Of a DNA stretch of 64,000 nt, positions 17,922-28,203 are shown in pieces. Each line of letters starts with the position of its first letter. Position 1 is the first letter of the stretch. The stretch is from an uncultured Desulfovibrionaceae bacterium (lineage in GTDB: Bacteria > Desulfobacterota > Desulfovibrionia > Desulfovibrionales > Desulfovibrionaceae). The stretch lies in assembly GCA_964370675.1 (NCBI GenBank), contig CAYJKC010000007.1:959-64958 (forward strand). The letters run 5' to 3'. The position numbers and the translations under genes were made by a program. The notes beneath the pieces were generated by a model that saw only the letters and a program-made list of their open reading frames with translations, was not told where the DNA came from and did not search any database.

Positions 17922-20324
17922 CTATAAAAGAGTTTTAGCAAGGCGCACCGCTCCTACTGCATCAGCTGAATATCCATGCGCCTCAATGGAATCAGCAAAG
18001 GCCTGTGTCACCACCGCACCGCCAATCATTACTTTGAATGGCAAACCTTGTTCACGTACCAATTTAACAGTATCTTCCATGCGCACCATAGTAGTTGTCA
18101 TAAGAGCTGACAAGCCAATAATGCTTGCATTATGTTCCTTAGCGCATTTTATTATGTCTGTAGCTTTTACATCCTTTCCGGCATCAACCACATCAAAACC
18201 ATGGTTACCAAGCAATAAAGCTACAATATTTTTACCAATATCATGAATATCACCCTCAACCGTTGCCACAACAATAACTGGACGTTTTTCTTGCCCACGT
18301 AGTTTTTCAAGCAAGGGTTTTACATGTGTAAAAGCTGTTTGCATGGTTTCGGCAGAGCGTATTAATTGCGGTAAAAAATATTCTCTTTTTTCATATTTTT
18401 CACCAACTTCAGTGATGGCAGGAATAAGCTTTTCTTGCACAAGCTCCATGGGGTCCATACCGGCATCAAGCTCTTTTTGCACAAAACTAAGCACATTTTC
18501 CTTATCACCACGTAAAACGGCCTCATAAAGAGATGTAACTACATTTCCTTCCGTTTTATTTTGCACAATCCTTTGTTCACTACTGCCACTTTGCCATTGC
18601 ACATAATTGTCAATAAATCCTTGTGCATTTTTATCTTTATTTAATAACACAGCCGAAGCATCACGCACTTCGCACAAACGTTCATTGTCAGGATTACCAA
18701 TGCATGAAGAAAGCCCAGCCCCCACACAAAGTGATAAGTATGTAGCGTTTAATAGTTCACGCGCCGGTAAACCAAAGGAAACATTAGAAAGCCCAATGGT
18801 TGTGGGCAAGCCTTCACGCGTGCACCAGCGTATGGTTTCAAGGCATTGTCGCCCAGCTTCAGCCTTAGATGAAACAGCTAAAGCCAAAACGTCAACTATA
18901 ACTAAACGCCGCGGAATGCCAAGTGCATCTACCTGTTCAAGCAAGTTTTCTAAAATGGCAACGCGCTCTGTGGCTTGTACTGGTAAGTTGCGCCCCTGCA
19001 AAGGTAATAATATAAATGGTGCACCAAAGTCACGACATAGTGGACCTAATGCCTCCATGCGCCCACTTTCACCACTAATAGAATTAACCAAGGCTGACCC
19101 CGGACAATATGGCAAAGCGGCCTTAATGGCTTCAATATTGGAAGAGTCCAAGGACAAAGGAACTTGGCATCTTGCAACTAAATTACTTATAAGTTTGGGC
19201 AGCAATATGGCTTCATCCACCAAGGGCGCACCCACATTAACATCAAGTATAGGTGCACCTGCCAAAATTTGCTCATCGGCATAACGCATGGCAAGACTAA
19301 ATTCACCAGCCTGCAGCTCGGATGTAAGTTGTTTTTTTCCTGTGGGATTTATGCGCTCACCTATAATAGTGAGAGGAAAGTCTTCACCAATGCGCACTAT
19401 GGATGAGCGCGAAGTTAAAGCCACACCCCTTGTGCCCGCACCAGAAGAAGATCTTTTAAGCTCAATACCACCCACAGCTTGTTTTAAAGCTGCAATATGC
19501 TCTGGAGTAGTTCCACAACAGCCGCCTAAAAGATTGACTCCAGCTTTGGCAAATGGCGCTGTTTTTTGCGCAAAACTTTGAGGGTCAAGCCTAAAGACCG
19601 TTTGCCCATCTATAAGCTCTGGCAAGCCTGCATTAGGTTCTACTAAAACAGGAGTTCTAGCATATTTAAGAATTTCATTTATAACATCAACCATTTGCTC
19701 AGGTCCAGCACTGCAGTTAGTACCAAGTGCTGCCACACCTAAGTTTTGCATAGTTTCCACAAATATTTCTGGAGTAGAACCAGTTAAACTAACACCTTGT
19801 TCAAAGGTCATGGAAATCATGATGGGTAAATTGCACTCTTTACGAACAGCAATCACAGCGGCTCTTGCTTCTGCAAGATCAAATTGTGTTTCAATAAAGA
19901 ATAAATCCACCCCACCACATAAAAGACCGCGTACCTGTTCTGAATAAGCTGCTATAAGATCAAGTGGCTCAATGTCGCCAAGCGGTCGCACAAAGTGCCC
20001 AGTTGGACCAAGATTACCCGCAACAAATACTTTTTGTTCAGAAGTTTTAGTAGCAGCACGCGCTACTTGAGCCATTTTTGTATTAAAAGAGATTACGTCA
20101 ATACCTTGGGGCAATTTATATTTATTGCCACCAAAGGTGCAAGTAGTTAAAATATTTGACCCAGCCTCCACATAGGCTTTGTGAATACCTTCTAAAATTT
20201 CAGGTCGTTCTAAACAAAATGCCTCAGGGCTAACCCCAGCAGGCAAGCCGCCTGCTTGAAGCATAGTTCCCATAGCACCGTCTAAAAATAATAATTTACC
20301 TAAATCAAGGTCTAAATTACCCAT
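17922..20324 (-). CDS. metH: Cobalamin-dependent methionine synthase, short form without the AdoMet reactivation domain
   Basis: Hcy-binding domain (LDGAMGTML, GGCCGTTPEHI), pterin-binding domain (IGERINPTGKK) and B12 cap plus Rossmann domain (EGDIHDIGKNIV). It ends right after the B12 domain. Start taken at MGNLDLD (20324), preceded by GGGAG. Confidence 0.9.
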   Translation of the reverse strand: MGNLDLDLGKLLFLDGAMGTMLQAGGLPAGVSPEAFCLERPEILEGIHKAYVEAGSNILTTCTFGGNKYKLPQGIDVISFNTKMAQVARAATKTSEQKVFVAGNLGPTGHFVRPLGDIEPLDLIAAYSEQVRGLLCGGVDLFFIETQFDLAEARAAVIAVRKECNLPIMISMTFEQGVSLTGSTPEIFVETMQNLGVAALGTNCSAGPEQMVDVINEILKYARTPVLVEPNAGLPELIDGQTVFRLDPQSFAQKTAPFAKAGVNLLGGCCGTTPEHIAALKQAVGGIELKRSSSGAGTRGVALTSRSSIVRIGEDFPLTIIGERINPTGKKQLTSELQAGEFSLAMRYADEQILAGAPILDVNVGAPLVDEAILLPKLISNLVARCQVPLSLDSSNIEAIKAALPYCPGSALVNSISGESGRMEALGPLCRDFGAPFILLPLQGRNLPVQATERVAILENLLEQVDALGIPRRLVIVDVLALAVSSKAEAGRQCLETIRWCTREGLPTTIGLSNVSFGLPARELLNATYLSLCVGAGLSSCIGNPDNERLCEVRDASAVLLNKDKNAQGFIDNYVQWQSGSSEQRIVQNKTEGNVVTSLYEAVLRGDKENVLSFVQKELDAGMDPMELVQEKLIPAITEVGEKYEKREYFLPQLIRSAETMQTAFTHVKPLLEKLRGQEKRPVIVVATVEGDIHDIGKNIVALLLGNHGFDVVDAGKDVKATDIIKCAKEHNASIIGLSALMTTTMVRMEDTVKLVREQGLPFKVMIGGAVVTQAFADSIEAHGYSADAVGAVRLAKTLL

Positions 20325-20502
20325 GTAAACTCCCATGCAAAATAAAAAAATAGCTAAATTAATGCACTTTAGCTCTGTGCAAAGGTCACTTTTTATGTTA
20401 AGTTGCAATTATTGGCTTCGTCACGTAAATACAAATCAACAACTCTGAAATCCATATAATTTAAAACAACATAATTTTTCCATTGCCTCACAGAGAATAT
20501 AT

Positions 20503-21600
20503 ATGAAAAAAACCAAAAAAGAAACTTCTAAAACACCCCCACCCCCGCAAGGCTCTAAGCAAGCTGATGTAGAGGTTATAGACCTTGCTAACGAGCAAGA
20601 CGACAATTACAACATTGACATTGATACCGATGACTTAGACATAGATATTGATGATGATATTATTGACATCACCGACGAAGAACCCATAGACAGTGTTGGT
20701 GGTGCGCCAGCCATTGCCCCCACCACTCTACCAAGTACTACCCTTAGCCGTGATAGCTTACACCTTTACCTTAAAGAGGTCAGTCGCTTTCCTATGTTAA
20801 AACCAGAGGAAGAGCAAAGCTTGGCAAGGCGTGTGCGTGATCATAATGATACTGATGCTGCCTTTAGGCTGGTATCATCGCATTTACGCTTGGTAGTTAA
20901 AATAGCCATGGATTTCCAACGTCGTTGGATGCAAAATGTTCTTGACTTAATTCAAGAAGGTAATGTTGGGCTCATGCGTGCAGTTAATAAATTTGACCCA
21001 GATAAAGGTATCAAGTTTTCTTATTATGCATCATTTTGGGTTAAAGCGTACATACTTAAATTTATTATGAATAATTGGCGCATGGTCAAAATTGGTACTA
21101 CTCAAGTTCAACGCAAATTATTTTATAATTTAAATAAAGAACGGCAAAAGCTTATTTCTCAAGGTTTTGACCCTGATGCATCTATGTTATCAGAACGATT
21201 GGGTGTAAGCGTTGATCAAATTAATGAAATGGACCAACGTTTAGCAGCCTCTGATATGTCACTTGACATGCAAGTCAATGATGAATCTGGCGGTGCTACA
21301 CGAATGGATTTTCTACCCGCTCTTGGTCCTGGAGTAGAAGACAGCATTGCCAGCGAAGAAATAGCCAACCTAGTACAAGATCGCTTGCGCACTATTCTAC
21401 CCAAACTTAATGAAAAAGAAACTTATATCCTGCAAAACCGACTTTTGACCGATGAACCTGCCACCTTGCGTGAAATTGGTGAAAGGTATAATGTGACCCG
21501 AGAAAGGGTAAGGCAATTAGAGGCTCGTTTGCTTGAAAAATTGCGCCAGCATTTGAGCAATGACATAAAAGACTTTTCTTCAGAATGGATTAATAAATAA
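20503..21600 (+). CDS. rpoH: RNA polymerase sigma factor, RpoH-like, with an acidic N-terminal extension
   Basis: 365 aa. Sigma70 regions 2-4 and an RpoH-box-like QRKLFYNLNKERQKL. About the first 85 aa are low-complexity acidic sequence (DIDTDDLDIDIDDDIIDITDEE). Confidence 0.8.
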   Translation: MKKTKKETSKTPPPPQGSKQADVEVIDLANEQDDNYNIDIDTDDLDIDIDDDIIDITDEEPIDSVGGAPAIAPTTLPSTTLSRDSLHLYLKEVSRFPMLKPEEEQSLARRVRDHNDTDAAFRLVSSHLRLVVKIAMDFQRRWMQNVLDLIQEGNVGLMRAVNKFDPDKGIKFSYYASFWVKAYILKFIMNNWRMVKIGTTQVQRKLFYNLNKERQKLISQGFDPDASMLSERLGVSVDQINEMDQRLAASDMSLDMQVNDESGGATRMDFLPALGPGVEDSIASEEIANLVQDRLRTILPKLNEKETYILQNRLLTDEPATLREIGERYNVTRERVRQLEARLLEKLRQHLSNDIKDFSSEWINK

Positions 21601-21601
21601 C

Positions 21602-23329
21602 ATGAAATATTTACGTATCATACGGCACTGTTTTCTTTTGCTTATGCTTTTTGCATCTTGCTTGCTACTTGGTTGTGGAGGTTGTGCCTCACATGAAAAA
21701 GTTGCCGAGAAAAAAAACATCGACATTCAAGAAATTAAAAATTCAACCCAGTGGAAACTTAGTCCCAATGCTACTGCAACCTATATGTACTTGCTTTACG
21801 ACCAAGCACTGCGTCAAAACGACACCGAAGTTTTGCTCTTTGCCTTAAAGGAGTTAGCGAATTTTAATCCACCAGTTTGGGTATATATTGACGCTGGTAT
21901 ATTCTATATGAATTTAGATCCAGCACCTATTTTACCTCTCATTCAAAAAGGATTACAAAGTTTTCCAGATAATATTTCACTAAATTTACTTAATGCAGAA
22001 TTATTACAAAAAGCCGGTCAAAATAAAGAAGCCATTGCGCGCATTCGCGAATTTGGTAATCGCCACCCCCAAAACACTGATGCTAAACTCGAATTAGCTC
22101 TACTATTGGTTAATGCTGGTCAACATGATGAAGCAGAAACCTTGCTTAATGGCATAACTGGTGTGGAGCGTACTGCCCTTGTGGAGTATTATCATGCCAA
22201 GGCTTTGATTGGTATGAAGCGTACCAAGGATGCTTTACCACACCTTGAAAAAGCTCTTTTAGAAATGCCAGATTTCACCGAAGCCCTAGTTGACCTTGCC
22301 TACATTTATGAGCAAGAAAATAACTTTGCCAAAGCCCGTGAATTATATGAAAATATATTAGAACAACAAGGGCATAATTCTGAAATTATTTTACGCTTAA
22401 TCTATAGCTCAATACGACTAAAAGACCCTCAAAAAGCATTAGAATATTATGAAGCAGGACCTATGACACCAGCATTAAGTGCTACCATTGGAAGCATGTT
22501 GGTGGAAGAAAAATATTATGACCTTGCAGAACCAATTTTGCATAAGCTCACTAATTTACCAAACGCACCCCAAGAGTTGTATTTTTATTTGGCAGCCATA
22601 GCTTATGAAAGAGATAAAGATGCCCAAAAAACTTATGAATGGCTAAGCAATATTGATGATACCCATGCTGACTACATTCGTGCATTACTTTTACGTTTAC
22701 AACTATTATTAGATTTAGAAAAGTATGATGAGGCTTTATCCCTAGTGCAAAATGGTAAGAAAAAATATCCCGACCATAAAGCCTTACTCATTGCAGAAGT
22801 GCGCATTCTTGCTACTTTAGAAAATATGGAGCAAGCTTTAGATCGTTCAAATGCTATTATGAAAAAATGGTCTGATGATTCAGAAATTGCATTTTTACAC
22901 GCCTCCCTACTTGATCAAGAAGGTGATAAAAAGGGTGCTTTGGCTGTAATGGAAGATATTGTCAAAAAACATCCCAATCACTATCAAGCCCTAAACTACA
23001 TTGGCTACACTCTAGCTGAAGAAAATAGAGATTTAAAGCGCGCACTTAAAATTTTACGTAAAGCCGTAGAACTTTCACCTCAAAGTGACTATATTTTAGA
23101 TTCTCTAGCTTGGGCATTGTTTAAATCAAAGCAACTAGATGAAGCTTGGAGTATCATTAATCAAGTCATAAAAATTCACACCACCAACGACCCCGTAGTT
23201 TGGGAGCATTATGGTGATATTGCCAATGCCCTTGGTAAAAAAACAGAAGCTCGTGAAGGCTATGAAAAAGCCTTGCAATTTTTACCAAACAATGCTGACA
23301 GTATCAAAAAACGCCTTAACAATTTATAG
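21602..23329 (+). CDS. TPR-repeat lipoprotein
   Basis: 575 aa. Lipobox LLLGC, then TPR-like repeats throughout. Confidence 0.7.
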   Translation: MKYLRIIRHCFLLLMLFASCLLLGCGGCASHEKVAEKKNIDIQEIKNSTQWKLSPNATATYMYLLYDQALRQNDTEVLLFALKELANFNPPVWVYIDAGIFYMNLDPAPILPLIQKGLQSFPDNISLNLLNAELLQKAGQNKEAIARIREFGNRHPQNTDAKLELALLLVNAGQHDEAETLLNGITGVERTALVEYYHAKALIGMKRTKDALPHLEKALLEMPDFTEALVDLAYIYEQENNFAKARELYENILEQQGHNSEIILRLIYSSIRLKDPQKALEYYEAGPMTPALSATIGSMLVEEKYYDLAEPILHKLTNLPNAPQELYFYLAAIAYERDKDAQKTYEWLSNIDDTHADYIRALLLRLQLLLDLEKYDEALSLVQNGKKKYPDHKALLIAEVRILATLENMEQALDRSNAIMKKWSDDSEIAFLHASLLDQEGDKKGALAVMEDIVKKHPNHYQALNYIGYTLAEENRDLKRALKILRKAVELSPQSDYILDSLAWALFKSKQLDEAWSIINQVIKIHTTNDPVVWEHYGDIANALGKKTEAREGYEKALQFLPNNADSIKKRLNNL

Positions 23330-23338
23330 GAAAGTGTC

Positions 23339-24127
23339 ATGAAGTGTAAATATGTACTCCTTACCTTATTATTGTTAAGTCTTTGCGCCTGCGCTAAATC
23401 TGTACCAAGCCCTAGCATAAGTCCTCAAGAAAGCGAAAAACATTGGGAGAGTTATATTCAAAGCAATTCCCAAAATATTGGACCATTTCGCACAAGCATG
23501 AGCCTACGTTTTGGAGAAGAAGGTAATACCAGGCGCGTAACTGCGCTGCTTTGGGGTAATAATTCCACTGAGCTACGTCTTGACGTTAATGCTGGCATAG
23601 GGGTTAATATTGCAAAAATATTTGAAGATGAACAAACCTTTCTCCTATATGCACCACGTGAAGAAGTAGCCTATTTGCATGAAGGTTTACAAAAACCACT
23701 TTTTAATGCTGGTGTGCCTATTCCTTTTAATTTACACCAATTAGCCTTGCTTATGGAAGGCAAATATAGCGCAGTTTTTGGCACAAAACGTGACCCAAGT
23801 CCTGCACAAGAAAGCAAAGCAAGGGCTAGCACCTTTATTTTAAATGATGGACCACTAAAAGGCTTTATAGCTATTAATGCTCAAGGACTACCAGTTTTTT
23901 GGCAAGAATATGATAAAAAAGGCTGGCATTTAACCCTCGGCTATAAAGACAATGAACGCCTACCTTATAAACTCACAATGCAACATTCCACCACGGGCAA
24001 ACGCGCTATTTTACTTATTAAAAATAGAGAATTATCCTTGACCCCCTTTACGATAGAACAAATGCGCCTTATATTACCTAGTAATATTGTAATTTTGCCA
24101 TTGGACCAAGCCCAAGCACTATATTAA
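23339..24127 (+). CDS. Lipoprotein of unknown function (possibly LolB-like fold)
   Basis: 262 aa. Signal peptide with Cys (LSLCAC). No diagnostic motif. Position after the TPR lipoprotein. Confidence 0.45.
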   Translation: MKCKYVLLTLLLLSLCACAKSVPSPSISPQESEKHWESYIQSNSQNIGPFRTSMSLRFGEEGNTRRVTALLWGNNSTELRLDVNAGIGVNIAKIFEDEQTFLLYAPREEVAYLHEGLQKPLFNAGVPIPFNLHQLALLMEGKYSAVFGTKRDPSPAQESKARASTFILNDGPLKGFIAINAQGLPVFWQEYDKKGWHLTLGYKDNERLPYKLTMQHSTTGKRAILLIKNRELSLTPFTIEQMRLILPSNIVILPLDQAQALY

Positions 24128-24142
24128 ATCTAAGGAGCTAAT

Positions 24143-24574
24143 ATGTCCTTACCTATACACATTGCTTGTGACCATGCCGGCTTTCAACTAAAAGAAGCTA
24201 TTAAAGTGCATCTTCAATCACAAGGGTATAGTATCAAAGACCACGGAACTAACAATACCGCCAGTTGTGACTACCCCATTTTTGCTAAAACATTATGCAC
24301 TGAAATACTTAAGCAAGGATGTATGGGCATTTTAATTTGTGGTACTGGCATTGGCATGTCAATTATGGCAAATCGTATAAAAGGCATTAGAGCAGCCCTT
24401 TGTAGCAGTGAATTTCAAGCAAGGGCAACACGCGCTCATAATAATGCCAATGTGCTTTGCCTTGGCGAACGCACTACTGGCATAGCTATTGCCCTAGATA
24501 TGGTTGATATATTTCTAAATACCCCCTTTGAAGGCGGGCGGCATCAAGGTCGCATTGACTTATTTGACAAATAA
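24143..24574 (+). CDS. rpiB: Ribose-5-phosphate isomerase B
   Basis: 143 aa. ILICGTGIGMSI and NNANVLCLGER motifs. Confidence 0.92.
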   Translation: MSLPIHIACDHAGFQLKEAIKVHLQSQGYSIKDHGTNNTASCDYPIFAKTLCTEILKQGCMGILICGTGIGMSIMANRIKGIRAALCSSEFQARATRAHNNANVLCLGERTTGIAIALDMVDIFLNTPFEGGRHQGRIDLFDK

Positions 24575-24587
24575 ACACGGAAGTAAT

Positions 24588-26039
24588 ATGCAATTATACA
24601 ACACGCTTACAAGAAAAAAAGAAGAATTTATCCCTGTACATGATGGCAAGGTTGCCCTATATGTTTGTGGCATAACAGCCTATGATTATTGCCATATTGG
24701 ACACGCACGCTCTGCTTTAGTCTTCGATGTTTTAGTTCGTTACTTTAAATACAAAAACTATGAAGTGCGTTTTGTGCGCAACTTTACTGATATAGATGAT
24801 AAAATTATCAATCGAGCCAATGCCGAAGGGCGAGATTGGCGCGAAGTAGCAAGCACCTATATGCAAGCTTTTCATGAAGATATGGACGCATTAAATATTT
24901 TACGCGCTGACCAAGAGCCCCGCGCCACAGACTATATACCTCAAATGCAAGAGCTTTGCCAAAAACTCATTGCCGACGGTAAGGCTTATGCCACTGCATC
25001 TGGTGATGTATATTTTAAAGTACGAGCCTATGAACCCTATGGCAAACTTTCTGGGCGCAGCCTTGATGATTTGCAAGCTGGGGCTAGAGTTGCACCAGGT
25101 GAAGAAAAGCTTGACCCCCTAGATTTTGCACTTTGGAAAGCCGCAAAACCCGGCGAACCATTTTGGGATAGCCCTTGGGGTAAGGGGCGACCGGGCTGGC
25201 ATATTGAATGCTCTGCCATGAGTGAAGAATATCTGCCCCTAGATATTCACGGTGGGGGGCAAGATCTGATTTTCCCACATCATGAAAACGAAATTGCTCA
25301 AACTGAGGCTTGCACACATAAGGAGCTTGCGCGCTATTGGGTACATAATGGTTTTGTGCAAATTGACTCAGAAAAAATGTCAAAATCTTTAAATAATTTT
25401 AAGACTATTCGTGATATTTTAGAACAATATTTACCCGAGACCTTGCGTTTTTTCCTCCTAGGTAAGCAATATCGTAGCCCCATTGATTTTACCGATACAA
25501 GCATGGACGAAGCCGAGCGTGGTCAAAAGCGTATTTATCAATGCCTGCAGGATGTACATTCTGCACTTGAACGTCAAAATTGGAAAAAAAGCCCATTTCC
25601 TCCAGCCCCTATGGAAGAACTATTAAGCACAGAAGAAGCAATCAATGCCGTTATGGAAGATGATTGCAATAGTGCAGCTGCCATGGGACATATTTTTTCC
25701 TTAGTGCGTTTGGTTAATCGTTGTCTTGAAGATAAATCTGCGCGTGCCAGTGAAGGTATGCGTGATTTTTTACTAGCTTTCCAAAAAACCATGCAAACTT
25801 GGGGCAATGTGCTAGGATTATTTCAAGCACAGCCTAGTGACTTTTTGCTAAATTTACGCAATCAACAAGCAAAACGTAAAGAGCTCGACATTAAGGTAAT
25901 TGAAAATTTACTTGCTCAAAGGCAAGAGGCGCGCGCCCAAAAAGATTTTGCTAAATCTGATACCTTGCGTGACACATTAAGCCAAATGGGCATTGAGTTG
26001 CGCGATACTGCAAATGGTGCAGAATGGGACATTGCTTAA
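24588..26039 (+). CDS. cysS: Cysteinyl-tRNA synthetase
   Basis: HIGH motif (CHIGHARS) and KMSKS. Start taken at MQLYNTLT (24588), not the track's 24528, which overlaps rpiB. Confidence 0.94.
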   Translation: MQLYNTLTRKKEEFIPVHDGKVALYVCGITAYDYCHIGHARSALVFDVLVRYFKYKNYEVRFVRNFTDIDDKIINRANAEGRDWREVASTYMQAFHEDMDALNILRADQEPRATDYIPQMQELCQKLIADGKAYATASGDVYFKVRAYEPYGKLSGRSLDDLQAGARVAPGEEKLDPLDFALWKAAKPGEPFWDSPWGKGRPGWHIECSAMSEEYLPLDIHGGGQDLIFPHHENEIAQTEACTHKELARYWVHNGFVQIDSEKMSKSLNNFKTIRDILEQYLPETLRFFLLGKQYRSPIDFTDTSMDEAERGQKRIYQCLQDVHSALERQNWKKSPFPPAPMEELLSTEEAINAVMEDDCNSAAAMGHIFSLVRLVNRCLEDKSARASEGMRDFLLAFQKTMQTWGNVLGLFQAQPSDFLLNLRNQQAKRKELDIKVIENLLAQRQEARAQKDFAKSDTLRDTLSQMGIELRDTANGAEWDIA

Positions 26040-26077
26040 AAACTTAGCTCAAAATAAAAAATCCTTCGGGTTTTATT

Positions 26078-27493
26078 ATGAATAAAAAGTTTAGTAAGAT
26101 AGCATCATCTTTCATGGTTTTTGCTATTCTTTTCAGTCAAATTTGGACTGCCCCAGCTCATGCTTTTTTTGGCTTTGGTAAATTTGGCATTGCCGAAGAA
26201 AAAGAGATGGGACGCAAGTTTGAAGTGCTTATCCGCTCTCAATTACCACTAATAGAAGACCCTGAAATTTCAATCTATGTAAAAAATATTGTGGGCAGAC
26301 TAGCCAAGGCCATACCCCCACAGCCCTTTCAATTTACAAGTGGGGTAATTTTGCATAATTCGTTAAATGCATTTGCTGTACCCGGCGGACATTTATTTAT
26401 TTTTTCAGGTCTTATTATGCAGCTAGATAATGAGGCAGAACTAGCTGGTATCATGGCCCACGAAATGGCGCATATTACAAAACGCCATGTGGCAGAACGT
26501 ATTGAACGCGGTAAATACTTGACCCTTGCTGCACTTTTGGCTGCTGTTGCCGGTGTGCTTGTGGGTGGTGAAGGTGGCAGTGCCATTATGGCTGGAGCTT
26601 TGGGAGCAGGTCAATCTGCCATGTTAAACTACAGTCGTATGGATGAATCTGAAGCTGATGATATAGGCTATCAATATCTCACAGCAGCAGGATATCCCCC
26701 TATAGCTATGGCGGGCGGATTTAAGAAAATTCGTGAAAAAAGCATTATGAGCGGAGGGGGAAATGTGCCAACATATCTTTCGACCCACCCTGAAATTGGA
26801 GCACGTATTACAAGTGTTGTGGCTAAAGCTCAGTCTGGTCCACAAGCTCTAAATAAGCGCAAAGTTGATAACAGACACTTTAAACGTGTTCAAACTCTAC
26901 TTTGGGCGCGTTATGGTACTATTCAAGCAGCTCGGCATCGCTTTAATGCAGAAAAAAATCCCCTTGCTATAATGGGTTTGGGCATGCTCTATGCAAGAGA
27001 AAATAAAATTCAAGAAGCCAGTGCCACTTTTGATAAAGCTCTTGCTCAAAGCCCTAAAGACCCGCTAATCTTGCGTGAGGCTGGAGCATTTCACTATCGC
27101 AAGGGCGATACATCGCGCGCCGAAACTCTTTTAACCACAGCTATGCAACTGGATCCGCGGGATTATATGGCGCAATTTTTTTATGCTAGACTTTTAGACG
27201 AAACTGGTCGCACCTTAAATGCTGCCCCCTTCTACCAAGAAGTTTTGCGCATTCTACCAGAAGACCAAGAAGTACATGCAGCTTATGCTCGCTCTCTTGG
27301 GCGCAGTGGAAAACAATTTGAGGCATTTTTACACCTTGCCTACAGCGCACTTTATAGCAATAACAAGCAAAAAACCAAACAATATCTTAACCAAGCCAAA
27401 GGTAAAGCCCAAGGCGCAGAACACAAAACTGCTCTGGCACGCTTTGATAATAAATATAAAGAGCGTAAGGAAATATGGGATGAAGGACTTTAA
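26078..27493 (+). CDS. Periplasmic M48 metalloprotease with C-terminal TPRs (BepA-like)
   Basis: 471 aa. Signal peptide, HEMAH zinc motif, ESEAD, and C-terminal TPR repeats. Confidence 0.82.
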   Translation: MNKKFSKIASSFMVFAILFSQIWTAPAHAFFGFGKFGIAEEKEMGRKFEVLIRSQLPLIEDPEISIYVKNIVGRLAKAIPPQPFQFTSGVILHNSLNAFAVPGGHLFIFSGLIMQLDNEAELAGIMAHEMAHITKRHVAERIERGKYLTLAALLAAVAGVLVGGEGGSAIMAGALGAGQSAMLNYSRMDESEADDIGYQYLTAAGYPPIAMAGGFKKIREKSIMSGGGNVPTYLSTHPEIGARITSVVAKAQSGPQALNKRKVDNRHFKRVQTLLWARYGTIQAARHRFNAEKNPLAIMGLGMLYARENKIQEASATFDKALAQSPKDPLILREAGAFHYRKGDTSRAETLLTTAMQLDPRDYMAQFFYARLLDETGRTLNAAPFYQEVLRILPEDQEVHAAYARSLGRSGKQFEAFLHLAYSALYSNNKQKTKQYLNQAKGKAQGAEHKTALARFDNKYKERKEIWDEGL

Positions 27494-27654
27494 ATAATAT
27501 CGATGCAAAATACACAAAAATGCATCGTACATCGACACTATCTAAGATAAACTAAAAATAATAGTTTAAGCTCAAATTTAACATACAGTTCAAGATTATA
27601 CTATAACTACCACACTGTAAACATGTAAAATAAAACATAGAATAAGGAAATAAA

Positions 27655-28203
27655 ATGCAAGCACATGCAACAACAATATTAGCCGTACGCCATAATGGAC
27701 AAGTAGCCATGGCAGGCGATGGTCAAGTAACCCTTGGTCAAAGCATGGTCATGAAACACAAAGCGTGTAAGGTGCGCCGTTTATATAAGGGACAAATTTT
27801 AGCAGGTTTTGCCGGAGCAACAGCAGATGCATTTACACTCTTTGAATTATTTGAAGCCAAGCTTGAAGAAGTTCATGGCAATTTAATGCGTGCTGCAGTT
27901 GAAATGACCAAGGAATGGCGTAAAGATAAATATTTGCGACGTCTTGAAGCCATGCTATTACTGGCAAATAAAGACCATATTTTACTATTATCTGGCACAG
28001 GTGATGTCATTGAACCGGATGATGGTTTAGCTGCCATTGGCAGCGGCGGTCCCTATGCTCTTTCTGCTGCGCGAGCCTTGGTGCGTCATGCTGTACCAAG
28101 TGGTGCCAACCTTGATGCTGAAAGTATTGTACGCAATGCCATGGATATTGCAGCTGAAATATGCGTTTTTACGAATAATAATCTGACCGTTGAAGTTTTA
28201 TAA
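27655..28203 (+). CDS. hslV: ATP-dependent protease subunit HslV
   Basis: 182 aa. Mature N-terminus TTILAV after the initial residues, and GSGG motif. Confidence 0.9.
   Translation: MQAHATTILAVRHNGQVAMAGDGQVTLGQSMVMKHKACKVRRLYKGQILAGFAGATADAFTLFELFEAKLEEVHGNLMRAAVEMTKEWRKDKYLRRLEAMLLLANKDHILLLSGTGDVIEPDDGLAAIGSGGPYALSAARALVRHAVPSGANLDAESIVRNAMDIAAEICVFTNNNLTVEVL

Noticed and set aside
18607-19284. Long antisense ORFs inside large genes. Examples are the 225 aa opposite metH, the 152/146/163-aa ORFs opposite the UPF0210 gene, the 147 aa opposite the 61-63 kb chemoreceptor, and the 104-120 aa opposite ugd.
   Set aside because: All lie fully within strongly supported genes on the other strand. 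They have Ser/Ala/Pro/Arg-rich shadow-frame composition and no motifs, which is typical of shadow ORFs.
24528-24587. N-terminal extensions in the ORF track. These affect cysS, rplY, pth, rho, metH, queA, tsaE, tsaC, the tlpA-like gene, MBOAT-2, the acyl-CoA synthetase and the kor beta and gamma subunits.
   Set aside because: The longest-ORF starts overlap upstream genes or add non-homologous residues. Internal ATGs match conserved family N-termini and mostly have an RBS or stop-start coupling, so I used the shorter coordinates. Each start remains unverified without experimental data.
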